Of a stretch of DNA of 32,000 nucleotides, positions 27,019 through 32,000 are shown piece by piece (within the stretch, counting starts at the first letter, position 1; each line of letters begins with the position of its first letter). Location of the stretch: the NCBI GenBank assembly GCA_025340205.1, contig CP006868.1, forward strand, positions 810,001 through 842,000, given 5' to 3'. Origin of the DNA: Ignicoccus pacificus DSM 13166 (GTDB lineage Archaea > Thermoproteota > Thermoprotei_A > Sulfolobales > Ignicoccaceae). The notes below the pieces were generated by a model, which had not been told where the DNA came from, searched no databases, and was given only the letters and a program-made list of their open reading frames with translations. The translations under genes and the position numbers were made by a program.

Positions 27019-28114
27019 GAACTCTTTCCACCATCCTTGTGTAATATGAAGGTAGATCCTCTCCGCGAGCAGCTCTAATATAAAGATGTTTTAAGACGTT
27101 AGGATTCATCATATCTAACTCAGAAGAGTTTTCTGCTATCATTAGGACGTCTAGAATGGCTTCGTGAAGTCTTGAAAGTGAGAGCTTCGGAAAGAGCCTT
27201 ACCTCTATCATGACCTTATCTAATGAATTAATGAATGAAGATATATCACCCTCTAAGAATGAGAATAACCAATCGGAGCGCGGTAGCGAAGACTTCCATC
27301 TAGCTATCGCCGGACCGAAGTTCCACCTTTGCATGCCTTCGAGTATCTCTATGTTGTTGGCCTTTACTACACCCATAGAAACATCTCTTGCTTTTACTTC
27401 ATTGAATTCCAAAAGCTCATGAGACAAACTTTCAAAGGTATGAAGCGAGAGATCCTTGCAAGGCTCGGCTTCTTGAGGTACGCCTGAGAATAATCTGCTA
27501 AGGACTTCATACCATGATGAATATGAATAAGGCGCCCAAGCATCTGGTATGGCTGCCCAAGAGTTAGAGGCGAAGTCGATCCAAGCCCTCACTCTATATT
27601 CCTTCCATCCACAACATGGTGAATTAGAATACTTCGAGATTAAGAAAGGAGAAGCAACGTTCAATGCATTTAGTACCATTGGTAAATCCTCCTTCCCGAC
27701 GTCTATCCATATCTGTGTTGATGCCATAGTTGCAATCTTATGGTGATTGTAACCGTACCATTGCAATAAACGATAGTGACCCCTTGGAGTAGCGTTCTTC
27801 AGATACCATCTAATTCCTGGAGGCGGGAGATAGGCGACGTCCAAGCTGGTATAACCCAACCCTTCTAGCCATAAATAGAAGTCTTCTGCTCTATTGAGTA
27901 TAGCTTCGAGAGGACCGGGTTCTATCGATACCTCGACAATTGCAGAGGTCGTGTCAGTCTTTACTATCCCAAAATCTTTCTTGAACCCTACAGGTTGTCT
28001 TGAGCAAGGATCTTTGATTATGCTATCTTCACTAGTTAACGTTTCTTCCCATATGCTTCGTGTAACTAAGTTACCATTCTTAGTAATTAATGTCTCTATT
28101 TCTAGGCCTAACAT
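27008..28114 (-). CDS. Divergent GCS2-like (glutamate-cysteine ligase/carboxylate-amine ligase fold) protein
   Basis: N-terminal 'LGLEIETLI', 'VEVSIEPGPL...AEDFYLWLEGLGY', 'HHKIATMASTQIWIDVG' and 'KVMIEVRLFP' resemble the glutamine-synthetase-like fold of GCS2 proteins. Divergent, so moderate confidence. Confidence 0.55.
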   Translation of the reverse strand: MLGLEIETLITKNGNLVTRSIWEETLTSEDSIIKDPCSRQPVGFKKDFGIVKTDTTSAIVEVSIEPGPLEAILNRAEDFYLWLEGLGYTSLDVAYLPPPGIRWYLKNATPRGHYRLLQWYGYNHHKIATMASTQIWIDVGKEDLPMVLNALNVASPFLISKYSNSPCCGWKEYRVRAWIDFASNSWAAIPDAWAPYSYSSWYEVLSRLFSGVPQEAEPCKDLSLHTFESLSHELLEFNEVKARDVSMGVVKANNIEILEGMQRWNFGPAIARWKSSLPRSDWLFSFLEGDISSFINSLDKVMIEVRLFPKLSLSRLHEAILDVLMIAENSSELDMMNPNVLKHLYIRAARGEDLPSYYTRMVERVLRR

Positions 28115-28143
28115 CCACTCGTCACCTGCTAAATGAAAGGTAT

Positions 28144-28719
28144 TTAATGAGGATAATATCTTTGATATAGATTGTGATCTATTCCTAATACGTCAAGTAT
28201 CTTGCCCACTATGAAGTCAATAATATCTGATATAGACTTGGGTTTTATGTAGAAAGCTAATGTAGGAAGAACTATATGGACGCCTATCTTGCTTAGTTTA
28301 AGCATGTTTTCTAATTCTAGTGGCCCTACAGGAGATTCCCGGGGAACTAACACGGTCTTCTTACCCATTCTTATTGCATTCAATGCTAGACGTGAAGGCA
28401 AAGTGGATCCGATACCATGTGCTATCATTCCGAGCGTTTTCATAGAACAAGGGACTACTACTACAGCATCCGGCACTCTCGAACTAGAGGCTAGATGAGA
28501 GGTCATTGAAATTTGAGGAGATAATCCCCTTTTCCTTATTTCATCCACAATGTTACATGATATGGGTGGATCCACAAAACATGGTTCTATTTTTGATACT
28601 TCGATGGCGTCTTTAGAAAGAGCTACTTCGACATTTATTTTCATATTGAGTAGGACATCTATCGTCCTTAGGGCAAGGGGTATGCCGGAGGCACCTGTTA
28701 TAGCTACCGCCACCCTCAA
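28144..28719 (-). CDS. ubiX: UbiX-family flavin prenyltransferase
   Basis: 'VAVAITGASGIPLALRTIDVLL', 'VVVPCSMKTLGMIAHGIG', 'RMGKKTVLVPRESPVGPLELENMLKL' and 'PTLAFY' are diagnostic. TTG start. Confidence 0.93.
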   Translation of the reverse strand: MRVAVAITGASGIPLALRTIDVLLNMKINVEVALSKDAIEVSKIEPCFVDPPISCNIVDEIRKRGLSPQISMTSHLASSSRVPDAVVVVPCSMKTLGMIAHGIGSTLPSRLALNAIRMGKKTVLVPRESPVGPLELENMLKLSKIGVHIVLPTLAFYIKPKSISDIIDFIVGKILDVLGIDHNLYQRYYPH

Positions 28720-28823
28720 CCACTTAACACCTTAACCATTACCAACCAGTACAAGTATAGCAATGCTATTAATGCTATTGTCCAGAATAAAATTAATGCT
28801 ATGAACAGCTTACGCCTTCTCAT
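28716..28823 (-). CDS. 35-aa single-TM microprotein (MRRRKLFIALILFWTIALIALLYLYWLVMVKVLSG), not in the ORF track
   Basis: Complete ATG-to-TGA frame read from sequence. The ATG overlaps the L13e 3' end (out of frame) and the TGA overlaps the ubiX TTG by 4 nt (TTGA). Basic N-terminus followed by one hydrophobic helix. Confidence 0.6.
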   Translation of the reverse strand: MRRRKLFIALILFWTIALIALLYLYWLVMVKVLSG

Positions 28824-29046
28824 TATGCTTTTCCAACCACTTTCTCAGAGTCTCGACGTTCCACTCGTGCTTGGTTTTCCTCCTCTTATCAATGGGGATT
28901 CCCATCTTTAGAGCTTGCTTGAATGTTAGACCAACTTCCTCTAGCTCGGCCTTGCTGAATCCTCTACCGACCTTCAACCTCGGCTTCTTTCCGGCGTCCT
29001 TCCTCAAGATAGGTGTTAGTACCTTAGCGACTGGCCTCTCTTCCAT
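28810..29046 (-). CDS. Archaeal ribosomal protein L13e
   Basis: 'RLKVGRGFSKAELEEVGLTFKQALKMGIPIDKRRKTKHEWNVETLRKWLE' matches the L13e pattern. Confidence 0.85.
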   Translation of the reverse strand: MEERPVAKVLTPILRKDAGKKPRLKVGRGFSKAELEEVGLTFKQALKMGIPIDKRRKTKHEWNVETLRKWLEKHNEKA

Positions 29047-29170
29047 TGGATGATCCCCTCCGCTAGGGTTACCAGAAGGATTATAAACAATAATATGGTA
29101 CCATAACTGACATATTAAGATCGAGATTTATTAATTGTAACCGGTTTGGCTCCAAGATGGGTGTGGTATT

Positions 29171-29512
29171 GTGATATTGGTCCCCATACCATTACTGAGC
29201 ATAGGACCAAATGAGATGCTCATACTCCTAATTTTCGCTCTGTTACTGATACTGGGACCTTCAAAAATCCCCGAGTTGGCTAGGGGGTTAGGACAAGCGG
29301 TCAGAGAGTTCAAGAAGGCAGCCGAGGGTGAGTACTTTGAGGAAGCTACCACCTCTGGTGGAAGCTCCCAGCAATCTGGACTAACCGAGGAGCAGTTGAT
29401 TGAGCTTGCTAAGAAGATGGGAATAAATCCGGAGGGTAAGAGTAAGAGTCAACTAGAACAAGAAATACTACAAAAGGCCAAGGAAGAGGGCCTAACTGAA
29501 AAGAAGCAATAA
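29171..29512 (+). CDS. tatA: Twin-arginine translocase TatA/B family protein
   Basis: 'GPNEMLILLIFALLLILGPSKIPELARGLGQAVREFKKAAEGEY' is the classic TatA TM plus amphipathic helix. GTG start; directly upstream of tatC. Confidence 0.92.
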   Translation: MILVPIPLLSIGPNEMLILLIFALLLILGPSKIPELARGLGQAVREFKKAAEGEYFEEATTSGGSSQQSGLTEEQLIELAKKMGINPEGKSKSQLEQEILQKAKEEGLTEKKQ

Positions 29513-29554
29513 ACGGAATAAAACCCTACCCATCTTTGTGGTGGGGCTAATTCG

Positions 29555-30550
29555 ATGTCTTTAGCGAAGGATCAAGAGAAAAAGCGCAAGAGGGAGTCCC
29601 GCTTTCTGAAATGGATCAAGAGCTTCTTTGAATGTGAGACTGAGACGGCGTACAGTGAGGAGATCAGCGTACATATAGAGGAGCTCCTTGTAAGACTGCG
29701 CAGGTCTATAGTAGCCTTCTTCATTGCATTGATGGTAGTAATATTCTTCCCTATAAACTGGATATCATGTCCACTATTCCATATCTATTGCTCATCCAAC
29801 GAATTGAGTCATGTAGTGGGTGCTGAGTACATTAGAGATTTACTGAAATGGTTGGGCTACATACCAGCTATGGTTGCTTTGCTTAGGCTGATAACGCTGG
29901 CAATTAACAGTATGGGAGTAACCGCCATAATATGCAACGCTGAAGGATTGATGAACGCGTACATAATGATAATAATATGGGGAGCCATACTCCTCTCCTT
30001 ACCCTACATAGCTTACCAGCTGCTGTGTTACATCTGGCCGGCTCTTGAAGAGCATGAGAAGAAGATGTTGAGGAATAGCATTCTAGCTGTAGTAGGGCTC
30101 TTCTTGTTAGGAGAAATATTCGCGTTCACCATAGTCGTGCCCTTTGGATTGAAGCTGGTCGTGATATTCGGACAAGTAGCTGGAGCTGAGGTGAGATGGT
30201 GTCTCTCTGACGTTATCAACTTCGTACTCTTCACGGCGATAGTTACTGGTGCTTCGTTCCTATTGCCTATAATAGTATACTACTTGGTCCTTATAGGACT
30301 TCTAAGGCCCGAACAACTCAAAGGAAGAAACATGAGGATAGCATTCCTAATAATAATGTTTATCGCTGCCGTGATAACTCCTGGAGGCACCGGAGTTAGC
30401 ATGATAGCGATAGGTATACCGATGTTCGTATTGTACTACTTAGCAGTAAGGATGGCAGAGAAAGCAGTAAAAGAGAGAGAAGAGAGGCAGAGAAAACAAC
30501 TTGGAGAGCTAGGTAAGGGAGGAGGTATAAAGTTTGAGAGTACCAAGTAA
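29555..30550 (+). CDS. tatC: Twin-arginine translocase TatC
   Basis: 'HIEELLVRLRRSIVAFFIAL', 'LPYIAYQLLCYIWPALEEHEKKMLR', 'FGLKLVVIF' and 'FIAAVITPGG' follow the TatC pattern. Confidence 0.92.
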   Translation: MSLAKDQEKKRKRESRFLKWIKSFFECETETAYSEEISVHIEELLVRLRRSIVAFFIALMVVIFFPINWISCPLFHIYCSSNELSHVVGAEYIRDLLKWLGYIPAMVALLRLITLAINSMGVTAIICNAEGLMNAYIMIIIWGAILLSLPYIAYQLLCYIWPALEEHEKKMLRNSILAVVGLFLLGEIFAFTIVVPFGLKLVVIFGQVAGAEVRWCLSDVINFVLFTAIVTGASFLLPIIVYYLVLIGLLRPEQLKGRNMRIAFLIIMFIAAVITPGGTGVSMIAIGIPMFVLYYLAVRMAEKAVKEREERQRKQLGELGKGGGIKFESTK

Positions 30551-30597
30551 ATTGCGAAAAATAGATAACTTTTAATTAAAATAATCCATGGACCTCC

Positions 30598-31050
30598 TTG
30601 GAGAACAGTATGAAGTGTTGTCCTGTCCTAACGGTAGATACCGTTGTAATAGATGGTGATAAGGTTCTCTTAGTGAAAAGAGGTGCTGAGCCGTTCAAGG
30701 GAAAATGGGCCCTTCCCGGAGGCCATGTAGAGTGTGGTGAGCGCGTTGAGGATGCTGCCTTAAGGGAGCTGAAGGAGGAAACTGGAATAGATGCTGAATT
30801 AGTCACCTTACTCTCCGTGTACTCGGATCCTCGTCGAGACCCCAGAGGTCACTACGTCTCAATAGCGTTCATTGCAGTCCCTAAAGAGAAAGGACAAGAG
30901 CCTAAGGCATCGACTGATGCAAAGGAGGCCAGATGGTTTAAGATAGGCGAAATTCCTTGGAATGATCTGGCTTTTGATCATGCTCAGATAATCAAAGATG
31001 CATTCCGTATGTTGTTACATCTAAAAAGAGAAGAGGGTTCAACATTTTAG
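30598..31050 (+). CDS. Nudix hydrolase
   Basis: Nudix box 'GGHVECGERVEDAALRELKEETGI' matches GX5EX7REUXEEXGU. Start may be 30598 (TTG) or 30610 (ATG). Confidence 0.93.
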   Translation: MENSMKCCPVLTVDTVVIDGDKVLLVKRGAEPFKGKWALPGGHVECGERVEDAALRELKEETGIDAELVTLLSVYSDPRRDPRGHYVSIAFIAVPKEKGQEPKASTDAKEARWFKIGEIPWNDLAFDHAQIIKDAFRMLLHLKREEGSTF

Positions 31051-31085
31051 GTGAACCTAACTCGCAGGAAATACGGTGGTTTTAT

Positions 31086-31934
31086 ATGAAAAGCATGCTA
31101 ATCCTAACCTTGCTTTTGCCGTTCTTAGTGGCCAACACTTTGGTAGCTAGCGTAAGCAGCTTGGCTATGATAGCCTCTTCTGTACTTCCCCAATGGAAAG
31201 TCGTTTCTCTTATGCCACCGGGTGTAAATCCGCTCTTCTGGAAACCCTCTCCCTCCCAAATCACAGAGGCCCTCCGTGCTGACGTATACTTGCAGACAGG
31301 ACATTGGCCATACGAGATCCAAATAGCACAAATGAGAAAGGAAAAGGGATTAGTTACCGTTCCTCCAATTTATGAATTCAAAGATCCTGCCCTCGGTATA
31401 GCAGCATTAGGATTCGCTATATTGAGAATGCCTAACGGTGAACTGAATCCACATGGATGGTGGCTTTACGCTCCCAACGCTTTATCACTTATGAGATCTT
31501 TAGTTATACAATCTTGTCAACTTGAGCCTGCGCATTGTATGAGCTACTTAAAGAATTTCCAAGTTGAAATAGAGAAGGTTAGAGAGGTACTGAAGGAATG
31601 CGTTCCAATATACTATAAGAAGAAAGTTGTAGTTATGATGCCGGTCGAACAATATGCGCTAGCTAACTTCGAGATAAAGGTCCTAAAAGTAGTACAATCA
31701 AAAGGAGCTATACTCAGTGGTCGCGAACTCCGGGAAGCTGTAGATGCTTTAAAGAAGTCCGATGCCTTAGTGATATCAGAAGTCTCAAAAAATGTACCAG
31801 CTACCAAAATAATGGAAACATATGCAAGACGTCTCCATAAACCAGTAATAGAAATAAAGGTGATGTGGGGCAATTGGAAGAGTTATGACATCTACTTGAA
31901 GCAACTTTGTACGGAGCTGAGGGAACTAAGATGA
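31086..31934 (+). CDS. Cluster A-I (ZnuA/TroA-like) metal ABC transporter substrate-binding protein with atypical ligand motifs
   Basis: Signal peptide 'MLILTLLLPFLVANTLVAS'. 'VVSLMPPGVNPLFWKPSPSQITEALRADVYLQTGHWPYEI' aligns by eye with 'PPGxDPHxYEPTPSDI...ADL...G...E'. 'NPHGWWLYAPNAL' corresponds to DPHxWLDPxNA. Followed by a permease-like start. Confidence 0.72.
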   Translation: MKSMLILTLLLPFLVANTLVASVSSLAMIASSVLPQWKVVSLMPPGVNPLFWKPSPSQITEALRADVYLQTGHWPYEIQIAQMRKEKGLVTVPPIYEFKDPALGIAALGFAILRMPNGELNPHGWWLYAPNALSLMRSLVIQSCQLEPAHCMSYLKNFQVEIEKVREVLKECVPIYYKKKVVVMMPVEQYALANFEIKVLKVVQSKGAILSGRELREAVDALKKSDALVISEVSKNVPATKIMETYARRLHKPVIEIKVMWGNWKSYDIYLKQLCTELRELR

Positions 31935-32000
31935 TAGAGTACGTCATAGCATTAGTGACGTCGGCAATACCCCTCTTCTTGGGAGATGTGGGCGTTGCTT
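31931..32000 (+). CDS. Probable metal ABC transporter permease, N-terminus only (truncated by window end)
   Basis: ATG at 31931 overlaps the previous stop (ATGA). The frame is open to the window end and hydrophobic (MIEYVIALVTSAIPLFFLGDVGVA). Confidence 0.5.
   Translation, partial: MIEYVIALVTSAIPLFLGDVGVA

Noticed and set aside
27095-27140. Minus-strand ATGATAG...CTGA...ATGATGA pattern
   Set aside because: Lies inside the GCS2-like coding frame, lacks a final D box at the right distance, and is explained as coding coincidence.
1-32000. CRISPR arrays, cas genes, transposases, integrases, toxin-antitoxin pairs or other defence islands
   Set aside because: I read for repeat-spacer periodicity and family motifs and found none. 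The window is mostly housekeeping genes.

Overview
This 32-kb window looks like ordinary, gene-dense hyperthermophilic Crenarchaeota chromosome, with a Desulfurococcales/Ignicoccus-like gene content. The placement rests on EF-1alpha, aEF-1beta, L13e, DtdA, the SRP RNA and a C/D sRNA and is inferred, not proven. I recognise: a truncated aspartokinase; a radical SAM/TRAM-like protein; a secreted protein abutting a GC-rich SRP (7S) RNA; a UbiA/CtaB-type prenyltransferase; a compact overlapping nuoH-I-J-K-N operon ending in a kinase-fold gene; a membrane-anchored Lon-like (S16) protease next to a 1015-aa Ig/CarboxypepD_reg-like surface protein; aroB; an ASCH-domain protein; a YjbQ-nicotinate phosphoribosyltransferase pair; a PUA protein; an aldehyde:ferredoxin oxidoreductase; tRNA-Pro; translation factors; UbiX; TatA/TatC; a Nudix protein; and the start of a metal ABC transporter. 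I found no CRISPR, transposon, integrase or defence system. The strongest second-look items are: (1) a single polypeptide carrying a RaSEA-like radical SAM domain and an ArcS/DUF5591-like core, an apparent one-protein archaeosine synthase; (2) an unannotated C/D-box sRNA at about 17.71-17.77 kb; (3) an AOR-family enzyme with one canonical [4Fe-4S] cysteine replaced by Gly; (4) an unlisted 35-aa membrane microprotein coupled by overlaps between L13e and UbiX; (5) a perfect 14-bp palindrome in a divergent promoter; (6) a ZnuA-like protein with altered metal-ligand motifs; (7) a nuo operon lacking nuoA-D and carrying a kinase-like gene; (8) a roughly 500-bp unexplained gap after the AOR gene.
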